Assembly (NCBI GenBank): GCA_963665115.1
Contig: OY762007.1
Location: 4,608,001 to 4,672,000 of the forward strand
Direction: 5' to 3'
Source of the DNA: an uncultured Rivularia sp.
GTDB lineage: Bacteria; Cyanobacteriota; Cyanobacteriia; Cyanobacteriales; Nostocaceae
Length of the DNA: 64,000 nucleotides
Shown: in pieces, positions 52,168 to 61,837 of the stretch
Position numbering within the stretch: position 1 is the stretch's first letter
How the letters are laid out: each line of letters starts with the position of its first letter
The notes under the pieces: generated by a model
Told to the model about the DNA's origin: nothing
The model's input: only the letters and a program-made list of their open reading frames with translations
The model's database searches: none
Position numbers and translations under genes: made by a program

Positions 52168-53307
52168 ATGCCTGTTTTATCAAATAGTGTGAAAATTTTA
52201 GTCAAAAATGCTCGATTTACAGCGGCTGAATTAGTTAACTTAGATAAGAAAATTCAGCGCAGACAAACAAACTTAAAAGAAGCAGAAATTATCGCTACAA
52301 ATTATGCCGATACTTTAGAAGCTGGTGTCGGAAACTGGTTAAATAAACTATTACGTAAATTTGGCAGTCGAGTGAAAGTCGCAGAAGCTATAGTTAATCT
52401 CGCTGAGGATACGGCATTACTCAACGGACAAATAACCATACCCGATTCCGGACGCACACACCCATCGGTTCGTAATATTCAACGCTGTTTAATTGCTTTG
52501 GCAAGTCGTACCCAAGTATTAGATTATATGCTTCCCGAATATGGAGCAGATGGAATCTATGGTGGAGAAACAGCCAAAGCTATAAAAGCATTTCAGCAAA
52601 AGAATTCACTTTCTATCACCGGGAAAGTTGACGCTCATACAGCTAAATTATTAGATAAAGCTCTCAAAACGACTAATGTACCGGGAAGTTTATTTGCAAC
52701 TCCCAAGGATATAGTTAATGCAGCGATAGAACTTTGTAGTGGAGAAATCGCACAATATTATGGTGTTCCTCAACCTTGGATAAATAACGATCCTAAGCAT
52801 AACGTTCCTGTAGATATCCACTTTAACTATCTTGTAAATCGCTGGAAGTGCAATCTATTTGGCGGTAATGTATTGCGTAAAGCTGGTTACGAACCTCCTT
52901 ATTACAAAGATAATACGAATGATGGAAAAGGCGAATATCCTAACGCCAATCAATGGTATAAATGGACTGAGAAATATGCTCTTAGACAGGCAAATCCCGT
53001 GCGTTTCGAGTTAATTGCTGAAGTTGCTGCAAGTTCTTTACCTCAAAGCGAAGCAAGAAATCGAATTCATCAATTATTTGCTTTGATTCAACCCGGTGAT
53101 TTCTTGATGGTAGACCATCAAGGAGGACACACTCAAGATGGAGGACATACTCGGGTTGCTGTTAAAAGTGATTTTCAAGCTTCGGGTAAAGTATCTTTCG
53201 CGCAAGCTAGATTTGAGAAAGCAATGATTTTGGATGAAAGCGTTGATGATTTAGTTCATAAAGATGAGGAAAATATTTGGTTAATGCGTCCGAATGTGAG
53301 AATGTAA
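52168..53307 (+). CDS. Peptidoglycan-binding protein with putative Cys/His hydrolase C-terminus
   Basis: ADGIYGGETAKAIKAFQ...ITGKVD; WKCNLF ... GDFL ... GGHTRV. Confidence 0.65.
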   Translation: MPVLSNSVKILVKNARFTAAELVNLDKKIQRRQTNLKEAEIIATNYADTLEAGVGNWLNKLLRKFGSRVKVAEAIVNLAEDTALLNGQITIPDSGRTHPSVRNIQRCLIALASRTQVLDYMLPEYGADGIYGGETAKAIKAFQQKNSLSITGKVDAHTAKLLDKALKTTNVPGSLFATPKDIVNAAIELCSGEIAQYYGVPQPWINNDPKHNVPVDIHFNYLVNRWKCNLFGGNVLRKAGYEPPYYKDNTNDGKGEYPNANQWYKWTEKYALRQANPVRFELIAEVAASSLPQSEARNRIHQLFALIQPGDFLMVDHQGGHTQDGGHTRVAVKSDFQASGKVSFAQARFEKAMILDESVDDLVHKDEENIWLMRPNVRM

Positions 53308-53361
53308 TTAATAATTTCACATTGCCCGAGATGTGGCAATGCTACGTCTCGACAAGAATTT

Positions 53362-53856
53362 ATGATTGAATTTAAAATTGTTAATAATACTGAAGCGATT
53401 TCTAAAGTTGCCAAGTTAGCAAAGGATATTTGGAACGAGCATTATTTACCAATGATTGGCAGCCATCAGGTTTCATATATGCTCGATAAGTTTCAAAGTG
53501 AAGATGCTATCGAGCAGCAAATAAAAGAAGGATATAAATATTATATAATTCTTGAGAACCAAGTAGAAGCCGGGTATTTTTCTGTTAAGGATAAATCAGA
53601 AAAGTTATTTTTGAGTAAATTATATGTTCAAAAATATTTTCGAGGAAAAGGTATTGGGAAACAGGCAATCAAGTTTATTAAAAGCAATTTTGACAATCCC
53701 GTTATTCAACTAACTGTAAACAAAAATAATTCTCACAGCATCACTTTTTATCAAAATGTTGGTTTTAAGGTTGTTGATGATGTTGTTACAGATATTGGAG
53801 GTGGGTTTGTGATGGATGATTATGTGATGGAAATGCAGACTGTGGGTAATTGGTAA
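53362..53856 (+). CDS. GNAT N-acetyltransferase
   Basis: LSKLYV...FRGKGIG, LTVNKNN...FYQNVGF. Confidence 0.9.
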   Translation: MIEFKIVNNTEAISKVAKLAKDIWNEHYLPMIGSHQVSYMLDKFQSEDAIEQQIKEGYKYYIILENQVEAGYFSVKDKSEKLFLSKLYVQKYFRGKGIGKQAIKFIKSNFDNPVIQLTVNKNNSHSITFYQNVGFKVVDDVVTDIGGGFVMDDYVMEMQTVGNW

Positions 53857-53904
53857 TTGGTAATTGGTAATTGGTAATTGGTAATTGGTAATTGGTAATT
53901 GGTA
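53846..53904. repeat. STRR tract (GGTAATT)n
   Basis: About 8 heptamers. The tract supplies the GNAT stop codon. Confidence 0.95.
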
Positions 53905-54016
53905 AAAAATCCTTCACAGTTGCTTTTAATACATTATATATTGCTTCTATCAGTTAAACAGAAAAAACCCGATTCATAAAAAAATCGAGTAAATAATAAT
54001 AAAAAATTATAAATAT

Positions 54017-55612
54017 CTAAGCTATTTTCAGCACTTTACGTAAAACTAATTGGTCTTCTATTTTAACTTTTAGACGACCGTTTTCTATGTCCCGAATCCA
54101 GCTTTGGCTTTTTCCCATCAGTCTTGCTAATTCCCTTTGAGAAATGCTCAGGTTTTTTCTCGCTAAACGTATTTGTTCGCCAAGTAAACCACCTGCTGTT
54201 TTAATATTTCTTCTCTTTTTAGAGTTGCCAACCCTCTGCTGTTTTTTCCTTGCTGTAAGATTTGGCTGATCCCATTTTGGTGACATTTCAAAAGCTAAAA
54301 TTCTGGCATTCATTAGCATTTTCCACTTACCACGGGGACTCACATCGGTTAACCTTCTTCCTTCATCACCATCATTAGTCCAAAATTCCAAGGCTTCATC
54401 TGGATCTTCGGGAATATCTGCTAACTTTGCCCACAGCGGCTGAATCGGTTCTGGATAACTAACTGGATCGAAAATGGGTTTCATCCCATGATGCGATAAA
54501 GTTTCTAAATCGCTTTCATAAGTTCGCAGCAGTCGTTTTCTTTCTTCCCTTTGTCTGCAAGCAATTGCGACTTTGCGATCGCCATATGCAACACGCATTA
54601 ATGTAGGTACTGTAATGCGCTGTTGTTTGCCCATTTTTGCTTTGAACATTAACCACATCATAAGTCTTGCCGCACCTTCATGCTGCTGCCAAATACTCAT
54701 CACTGTAGTCAGCAAAGATTTAGGCAAATTACCATACTGATAAAAGGCTGTTCGCTCTTTGCAAGCATCTTTATTTAAAAAATACTTTGCCCAATCACCA
54801 GCTTTGACTCTAAATGTTAAACCTACCAAATATTTACATCCTAGATCGTCATGTTGGAAATGATGCTGAATTCCTGTTAAATCCCAAAGCTTACTTTTTT
54901 CTAAGAAAATTGGTTTGATACGCCCCTGTTGCGGCAAATCAATCGAAAGCATTAAGGAGCAAGCTTGGAGAACTAAATTTTTCATCAAAGCCAATTTTGT
55001 GGTTTTGTTCAAGTCTTTGCGTTTTTCTAACCCTAAATACTTCTCTATTTGCTTATCGTCTACAACAAACTCTTCCTCCCAAGATTTTTCCGAAAAAGTC
55101 GCATAAGCTGCAAAAATTAAATGCACGCAAGCAGATCGAATATCCAGAGCTTCTACTGCTTCTAAATCTGTGGCAAGTTCGCTTGCTTCAGAATAAGAAT
55201 TAAGATGAAAAGCAATTTTCCCCTTTCCTTGATTGATCTTTTTGCTGTAACGTACTTGGTTGTTTTCATCTATTTCCCAAGGCAAAGATGCTCTTTGAGA
55301 TAACACATTACAAGCTTCCCAAATCGGAATACCCGATGCAAATGGATTACTTTTACCATTAAAAAATAAATCGGAACTAGTTAATTCTCTATCGTCAATT
55401 TTGCACCTCCCTTTTTTTACTTGTAATGGTATTGGAGACTTACTCGGACAGGCAGATACGCACTGGGGTTCTGAATAATAACCCTCGCAATTGTTACATA
55501 AATGAGGGTCAATCCAATATTCACCATTATCGATTTTGATAGCACCTGTTGGACACTGAAAACGACATTTGTCGCATCCAGCACAACTATTGTTAGATAT
55601 TGTATAAGGCAT
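54017..55612 (-). CDS. cnfR: CnfR/PatB, nif master regulator (4Fe-4S ferredoxin domain + C-terminal HTH)
   Basis: MPYTISNNSCAGCDKCRFQCPTGAI...CNNCEGYYSEPQCVSACP; C-terminal XRE HTH SQRELARLMGKSQSWIRDIENGR. Confidence 0.93.
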   Translation of the reverse strand: MPYTISNNSCAGCDKCRFQCPTGAIKIDNGEYWIDPHLCNNCEGYYSEPQCVSACPSKSPIPLQVKKGRCKIDDRELTSSDLFFNGKSNPFASGIPIWEACNVLSQRASLPWEIDENNQVRYSKKINQGKGKIAFHLNSYSEASELATDLEAVEALDIRSACVHLIFAAYATFSEKSWEEEFVVDDKQIEKYLGLEKRKDLNKTTKLALMKNLVLQACSLMLSIDLPQQGRIKPIFLEKSKLWDLTGIQHHFQHDDLGCKYLVGLTFRVKAGDWAKYFLNKDACKERTAFYQYGNLPKSLLTTVMSIWQQHEGAARLMMWLMFKAKMGKQQRITVPTLMRVAYGDRKVAIACRQREERKRLLRTYESDLETLSHHGMKPIFDPVSYPEPIQPLWAKLADIPEDPDEALEFWTNDGDEGRRLTDVSPRGKWKMLMNARILAFEMSPKWDQPNLTARKKQQRVGNSKKRRNIKTAGGLLGEQIRLARKNLSISQRELARLMGKSQSWIRDIENGRLKVKIEDQLVLRKVLKIA

Positions 55613-56883
55613 AAGGCTTATTGCCACTTCACTTCTTGCGACTTTGGCTCAAGTCCTACCTAGATGTGTCTTCATCGTAAATTTTATTTACCACACTTTA
55701 CGACAAGAAAAAGGTTTACTTCTCGTAATTACTGACTCACATCTATAAATTTACTCTACGATTAATTACAGGAAGTTAATTAGTAGTATTAACCCGATCC
55801 TGTATTTCACACTTCGTTATTTATAGTTTTCATAAAGTTGTTAAAAAGTTTTGTTCGTAATGAGCTAAGGACTATTTTTTATGCTATTTCTACAGGTTTA
55901 GTGATAAATCATCACTTAATGACCTGCAAAAATATTTTAATTGTTCTCAAAGAACAACTCAATTGCTAATATCTTTTTGCAGAAAATTTATTTGATTTTA
56001 CTTGCGTCTATTTCTTATCTTAACATATTCTTCACGTAACCTTTATATTTATTTAGTTTTTGTTTACAATAGATTTTTAAGTATTTAATCCTATAGTGAT
56101 TTTAAAGTTTGGATACTAAGTTAAAAATCTGCTAAGTATTGCTAGATTTATTTTTTGATTGATTGCATAAAATAGGTTATTCATGAACAAATCACTAAAA
56201 TCAAAATAGTCATAAATTAACAAATGTAAATTTGAAAATACTATAGTATGATGAATAATATTTTTTACACAAAACTATTAATCAAAGATAAATTATATTT
56301 TGTAAACTTTATTTTTAATTCATAATCAAGTTAGCTGAATTAAGCTATCTTGGAATCAATGCTGGAATAAGGTTTAGTCAAGTAGACAGATATAGGTAAA
56401 TCTAAAATAAACGTGTCCTCCACTTATTAGATAACTTCGTGTAGCTGAATTATGTAATAAGCATTATTAACCGTCTAAATTAGACAGTATTTATATCTTG
56501 CGAACTTATCCCTCATAGAGAAAAATTATGTTCAATTGCTGCGTTTTATGAATCTTAAAATTAGTAGCTGCTTCTCTTTCAAGATTTACTCATCAAGACA
56601 TTATCCTAAAATCTGAAAGTCGTGTAATAAGTACATAAGTTTTAAAGTTATAAAAAAGAATTAAAAGCGTAGCGAAACAAACTTAAAACTTATGCATTTT
56701 CTTGCCAAATAGATGTAGCAAAGAAATTTTTACGGAATTACATAAGTATATGAAGGAAATCGCACCGCGTACCCTCATACCGTATAGATTCAATCGGCGG
56801 ATGAATGTAATAAACTAAAAGCGAAATCTGAAAATAAGCACATTCATCACCAAATTACACGAAACTTTATATCATAAGTCGCC

Positions 56884-57865
56884 ATGCAACAAATTCCTGC
56901 TTCATTACTAACCTTGGTTGCTGGAGCTTTAGTCACAATCATAGGTTTATGGGTTAGTCAAACTCATAATTTATTACCAGTACAAGCATCCGAACAAGCA
57001 CCATTGGTAGACGGATTCTTCAACGTCATGTTCGCGATCGCCATTGCTTTATTCTTAATCGTAGAAGGAACAATCCTATTTTTCGCGATTCATTTTCGTC
57101 AGCGTAAAGGCGACGAGACAGATGGGCCCACCAATTGAAGGAAACGTTCCTTTAGAAATATTTTGGACTGCAATTCCGACTCTAATAGTTTTTGCTTTAG
57201 GTATCTACAGCGTAGATGTCTACAAGCAAATGGGAGGATTTCCGTCATCTACTCCAGTAATAGAGGCTCAAAATCATCACGGTAGTGGAAGTGCCATTGC
57301 AGCCACGATCGGCGAAGCTCCGATAATTTCATCAGAAGCAGCACCTTTAGCCAGTCAAAAGGTTGGTATTAAAGGCTCACCCGAACAGCAAGGTAAAGCA
57401 GCAGATGTAACTGTAGACGTTACCGGAATGCAGTTCGCTTGGATTTTCAGTTATCCACAAGATAATGTCACATCCGGTGAATTACACGTACCAGTAGGTG
57501 CTGACATACAGTTGAACATTGCAGCAACAGACGTAATCCACTCATTTTGGGTACCGCAATTTCGTTTAAAGCAAGATGCGATTCCTGGAATGAATACCGA
57601 ATTGCGATTTGTCGCCACCAAACCGGGAACTTATCCCGTGGTTTGTACAGAATTATGTGGTGCTTATCACGGTGCAATGAGAAGTAAAGTAATCGTTCAC
57701 ACTCCCGAAGAATATCAAGGCTGGTTGCAAGAAAACCGCGTTGCACAGCAAGAATCGCAAACAGTTGCAATTAACCCCGCACAATTATCATCATCCGAAT
57801 ATCTAGCTGCATACAATTCGGAAATTGATATTAACTCAGCAACTCTTGCTCAAATTAATAAATAG
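56884..57865 (+). CDS. coxB: Cytochrome c oxidase subunit II; apparent +1 frameshift at 57124-57129
   Basis: DGPPIEGNVPLEIFWT is restored by deleting one base. CuA motifs DVIHSFW and CTELCGAYHGAM. Confidence 0.93.
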
Positions 57866-58053
57866 GGAATTGGGGATAGGGCATTGGGCATTGGGCATTG
57901 AGAATAAATATTTAAGAGTGGGTTAGCGTAGCGTGTCCGTAAGGACATACGTCTCGCTCGCTATTTAACTACCTTATCTCCCCATCTCCTTTTCCCTTAT
58001 CCCCCATCTTCTCAAAAAAATCTAAAATCCTGTTAGCGAAAATCCAAAATCGA

Positions 58054-58985
58054 ATGACTCAATTAGAACATCCACAAAGTACAACTGAAGTGGCTGCTCA
58101 TGCTCATCCCGAAGCATGGAAGTGGTATCAATATTTCACATTTAATGTAGACCACAAGGTAATTGGAATCCAATACCTAGTGACATCGTTTATTTTTTAT
58201 CTGATCGGTGGATTGATGGCTGTAGCCATGCGTGCCGAATTGGCGACACCGGATGCAGATTTACTCGATCCTAATCTGTATAATGCTTTTCTGACCAACC
58301 ACGGAACAATCATGATTTTTCTGTGGATTGTTCCCAGCGCAATTGGTGGCTTCGGTAACTATTTAATACCGCTGATGGTTGGCGCTAGGGATATGGCTTT
58401 CCCGAAGCTGAATGCTGTAGCCTTTTGGTTAAACCCGCCAGCCGGAGCTTTAGTTATAGGTAGTTTCTACTTCGGTGGTTCTCAATCTGGCTGGACAGCC
58501 TATCCACCCTTAAGTTTGGTAACGGCGAATACCGCTCAAAGTATGTGGATTCTCGCCATTGTTTTGGTCGGAAGTTCCTCTATTTTGGGTTCATTGAACT
58601 TTGTTGTTACCATCTGGAAGATGAAAGTTCCTTCTATGAAGTGGGATGAATTACCCTTATTTTGTTGGGCAATTTTGGCTACTTCATTATTGGCACTTGT
58701 TTCTACACCAGTACTAGCTGCTGGTTTGGTATTGCTGCTATTTGATATTAACTTCGGTACTTCCTTCTTTAAACCAGATGAAGGCGGTAACGTGGTTATT
58801 TACCAGCATCTATTCTGGTTTTATTCTCATCCAGCAGTTTATTTAATGATTCTGCCTATCTTCGGGATTCTTTCTGAAGTAATTCCGGTTCATGCACGTA
58901 AACCAATTTTTGGATATAAGGCGATCGCCTATTCCAGTTTGGCGATTTGCGTTGTAGGTTTATTTGTGTGGGTTCATCATATGTT
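58054..58985 (+). CDS. coxA: Cytochrome c oxidase subunit I, 5' segment (interrupted)
   Basis: DHKVIGIQY, GWTAYPPL, HLFWFYSHPAVY, ends VWVHHMF at the left direct repeat. Confidence 0.96.
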
Positions 58986-59019
58986 TCTTATTGATTAATA
59001 TTCCCTAAAAGCTGTAAAT

Positions 59020-59066
59020 TGTATCTAACAAACACTGTAGCCAATAAACATTGTTTGTTATGAACA
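59020..59066. promoter_or_regulatory. Three tandem TGT-N9-ACA boxes (NtcA-like) upstream of the recombinase
   Basis: TGTATCTAACAAACA 59020-59034, TGTAGCCAATAAACA 59036-59050, TGTTTGTTATGAACA 59052-59066; exact 16-bp period. Confidence 0.65.
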
Positions 59067-59097
59067 GTTTTTAAGGAATATATAGGGAATAAACACA

Positions 59098-60492
59098 ATG
59101 GAAGCAGACATCTACCAAGAAGCATTTAAAGACTTTGAATCATCAGCTACAACAGACGGCAGCTACTTGGGTATAAATAAAGCACGATTAGAGTTAGAAG
59201 CACATATGGAAATGAAGATAGAAGAAAAATTAAAAGAAGCTAATTTACGACTTAAAGAAATTAATGCGAAAGTTTCCTTGACTCGGAAAGGTAATGCAGT
59301 ACAGCTACGAGCTACGTTACCGCTTAAACCAGGTGACATTAGTACAAAAGGTAGACATACAAAGCAGTATCAAATATCGTTGAATATTCCAGCTAACTTA
59401 GATGGATTAAAAACAGCAGAAGAAGAAGCCTATGAATTAAGTAAGTTAATATCCAGAAAGTGTTTCGAGTGGAATGACAAATATTTAGGGCATAAAACCT
59501 CTGATAATGTTGATATAACCTTTGGTGAAATATACGAAAAATTTGAAGATATTTTTTTTCAATCAAGAAAAAGAGATATCAAAAGCGAACATACTTTAAC
59601 TGAATACAAAAAAGTTTTTAAAAGAGAATTTTTACCAAATTTAATTGTAAATAAAAGCAATATCGAAATTTCTCTAAAAAAAGTTGATTCAAGCAGCAAA
59701 AGATTTCAAGCGCTAAAAGTTGCCAGCATCATTTGCAAATACCTAGAAATAGACTGTGACTTTAAAACACTCAAGCTTCCTATCAAAGTACAAAAAAGAG
59801 ATATCCCTCAAGATAATTTGATTATTCAAGGTTTTTATGCATTCGATAAATACAGTGAATTAAACAAACATAAAAAAAATCCTTATTGGAATACTTACTT
59901 AATATATAGATTGGCTTATGGTTTAATAGCGACTTATGGATTGCGCCCTAGAGAAGTATTTAATCAACCCGATATTGATTGGTTTATGAGTGAAGATAAT
60001 ATCGATAATACTTGGAAAGTTCACAATGATAATAAAACAGGAGCGAGGGAAGTATTACCCTTTATGCCGGAGTGGATTGAACTATTTGATTTAAAAAATA
60101 AAAAGTCGTTTAATTTACTTAAACAAAGAACTGAAAAAATTAAATGTTCTTCACAATTAACTATTATAGTAGATAAAAATTCTCAATGGTTTAAAAGAGT
60201 TGGATTAGAATTTAAACCTTATGATTTACGTCATGCTTGTGCTATTAGAGCGCATTTACAAGGCATACCAATTAAAGCAGCAGCAGACAACTTAGGGCAT
60301 TCCATAGAAATGCATACGAAAGTTTATCAAAAATGGTTCTCATTAGAAAATCGTAAGAGAGCAATTAATACAGCTTTAAGTGAAAAAGAAGAATTAGAAA
60401 TAATTAAAGAGAAAAATATTTATCTACAAAATAGGGTGGATTTTTTAACCGCAGAATTAGAAAAGTATAAATTACAAGCAGTTAGTACATAG
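59098..60492 (+). CDS. XisA/XisC-like tyrosine site-specific recombinase
   Basis: VQLRATLPLKPGD...QYQISLNIPANLDGLKTAEEEAYEL (Xis N-terminus); catalytic YGLRPRE, KTG, YDLRHACAIR, LGHS, HTKVY. Confidence 0.93.
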   Translation: MEADIYQEAFKDFESSATTDGSYLGINKARLELEAHMEMKIEEKLKEANLRLKEINAKVSLTRKGNAVQLRATLPLKPGDISTKGRHTKQYQISLNIPANLDGLKTAEEEAYELSKLISRKCFEWNDKYLGHKTSDNVDITFGEIYEKFEDIFFQSRKRDIKSEHTLTEYKKVFKREFLPNLIVNKSNIEISLKKVDSSSKRFQALKVASIICKYLEIDCDFKTLKLPIKVQKRDIPQDNLIIQGFYAFDKYSELNKHKKNPYWNTYLIYRLAYGLIATYGLRPREVFNQPDIDWFMSEDNIDNTWKVHNDNKTGAREVLPFMPEWIELFDLKNKKSFNLLKQRTEKIKCSSQLTIIVDKNSQWFKRVGLEFKPYDLRHACAIRAHLQGIPIKAAADNLGHSIEMHTKVYQKWFSLENRKRAINTALSEKEELEIIKEKNIYLQNRVDFLTAELEKYKLQAVST

Positions 60493-60531
60493 TTCAAAGC
60501 AAATTTTACTCAGAAGAGGCATAATTTAGCA

Positions 60532-60564
60532 AACTTGGAAGTAAATTATAATTGTTTCCAAGTT
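60532..60564. terminator. Imperfect palindrome downstream of the recombinase
   Basis: AACTTGGAA-GTAAATTATAATTGT-TTCCAAGTT. Terminator versus protein-binding site is unresolved. Confidence 0.35.
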
Positions 60565-60763
60565 ATTTATTGTCTATATAGATACTCAAATTATGAATAT
60601 ATTTTTTTAAGGAATAAATAGCGAATATAAACATGAGAAATAACTTGATTTATGTAATTGTGGGCAGTAATTGAATATGTATTTAAGGAATATTTAGAGA
60701 ATAATAATTAAAATAAACATTTAGCTTTTGCTATCTAAAGATTTTAATGGTTCATCATATGTT

Positions 60764-61500
60764 CACCAGCGGTACACCGGGCTGGATGCGGATGTTTTTT
60801 ACCATCTCCACCCTGATAGTTGCAGTTCCTACCGGAATCAAAATCTTTAGTTGGGTGGCGACTCTTTGGCAAGGAAAAATTCGCTATACTAGCGCGATGC
60901 TGTTCGCTATCGGCTTATTGATGATGTTCGTTTTAGGTGGAATCGGTGGCGTTACCTTGGGTACAGCACCATTCGACGGACACGTTCACGATACATATTA
61001 TGTAGTTGCTCACTTCCACTACGTCTTATTTGGCGGTTCCGTATTTGGTATTTACGCTGCGATATACCATTGGTTCCCTAAAATGACCGGAAGAATGATG
61101 AATGAAAGATTAGGTCAAATTCACTTTGTCCTTACCTTCATCGGCACCAACTTAACCTTTTTACCCATGCACGAACTGGGTTTACAAGGAATGCCTCGTC
61201 GAGTTGCCATGTACGATCCACAATTTGAAGCTATCAATCAGCTTTGTACTTATGGTGCTTATCTGTTAGCAGTATCCGTAATTCCTTTCACCATCAATGT
61301 TATTTGGAGTTGGATGGCTGGAGCAAAAGCTGGCGATAATCCTTGGAATGCTTTGACATTAGAATGGACAACCGCTTCACCACCAGCCATTGAAAACTGG
61401 GAAGAATTACCCGTCGTAACTCACGGCCCCTTACGATTACGGCGTGGTAACTGAGGGTGAACCTTTAGAACCCACAGCAGAAGCAGAAGCCACTGCTTAA
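60764..61500 (+). CDS. coxA: Cytochrome c oxidase subunit I, 3' segment; apparent +1 frameshift at 61425-61430
   Basis: TSGTPGWMRMFFT...AVPTGIKIFSW, HDTYYVVAHFHYV, GMPRR. Removing one C gives THGPYDYG...ATA* ending at 61500. Confidence 0.95.
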
Positions 61501-61540
61501 GTAGGTCAAAGGTTATAGGTTAAAGGTCAAAGGTGGAATT

Positions 61541-61651
61541 GTAGTGCGAGCATCTTGCTCGCTGATGTTTAAAACGAGCATCTTGCTCGCTGATGTTTAA
61601 AACAAGCATCTTGCTCGCTGATGTTTAAAACGAGCATCTTGCTCGCACTAC
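61541..61651. repeat. REP-derived array of four 28-bp units between coxA and coxC
   Basis: GTAGTGCGAGCA...TGCTCGCACTAC termini; unit GAGCATCTTGCTCGCTGATGTTTAAAAC. Confidence 0.88.
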
Positions 61652-61837
61652 ATACAGCATATTTCATCTTTGTAAGGTACATTCGGACGGGCAGGGATGC
61701 CCATCCCACAAGAGTTTTGTAATATGAGGCTGTACCTCACTTATTTGCAAAGTGTGTAGTTCAAGCACAATCCAAAATCCAAAACAAAAACATCTGTTGT
61801 TAAGATCTAAAATCCAAAATTTAATAGGGGATACAAT

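Larger units (their letters stand above)
58971..60763 (+). mobile_element. coxA-interrupting excision element (1,778 bp excisable unit) bounded by 15-bp direct repeats
   Basis: GGTTCATCATATGTT at 58971-58985 and 60749-60763. Encodes a single tyrosine recombinase. Excision restores the coxA frame. Confidence 0.93.

Noticed and set aside
55613..56883. Canonical NtcA site for cnfR or coxB
   Set aside because: Only imperfect matches were seen (e.g. GTAGCGAAACAAAC near 56669), which is insufficient in AT-rich DNA.
56884..57865. Programmed ribosomal frameshifting or true split genes (coxB, yebC, slt, RR-TrxB)
   Set aside because: No slippery heptamers; a uniform +1 C/G signature across unrelated conserved genes points to sequencing error.
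58986..60748. Group I/II intron or intein in coxA
   Set aside because: The insert encodes a tyrosine recombinase (no RT, maturase or homing nuclease motifs), has a stop right after the junction, and is bounded by direct repeats.
58054..61500. coxA as a dead pseudogene or two separate genes
   Set aside because: Both halves keep the conserved ligand motifs and join exactly in frame on removal of the element.
61541..61651. Possible mini-CRISPR in the cox operon
   Set aside because: The intervening sequence is identical in each unit; same REP family as the RAYT flanks.
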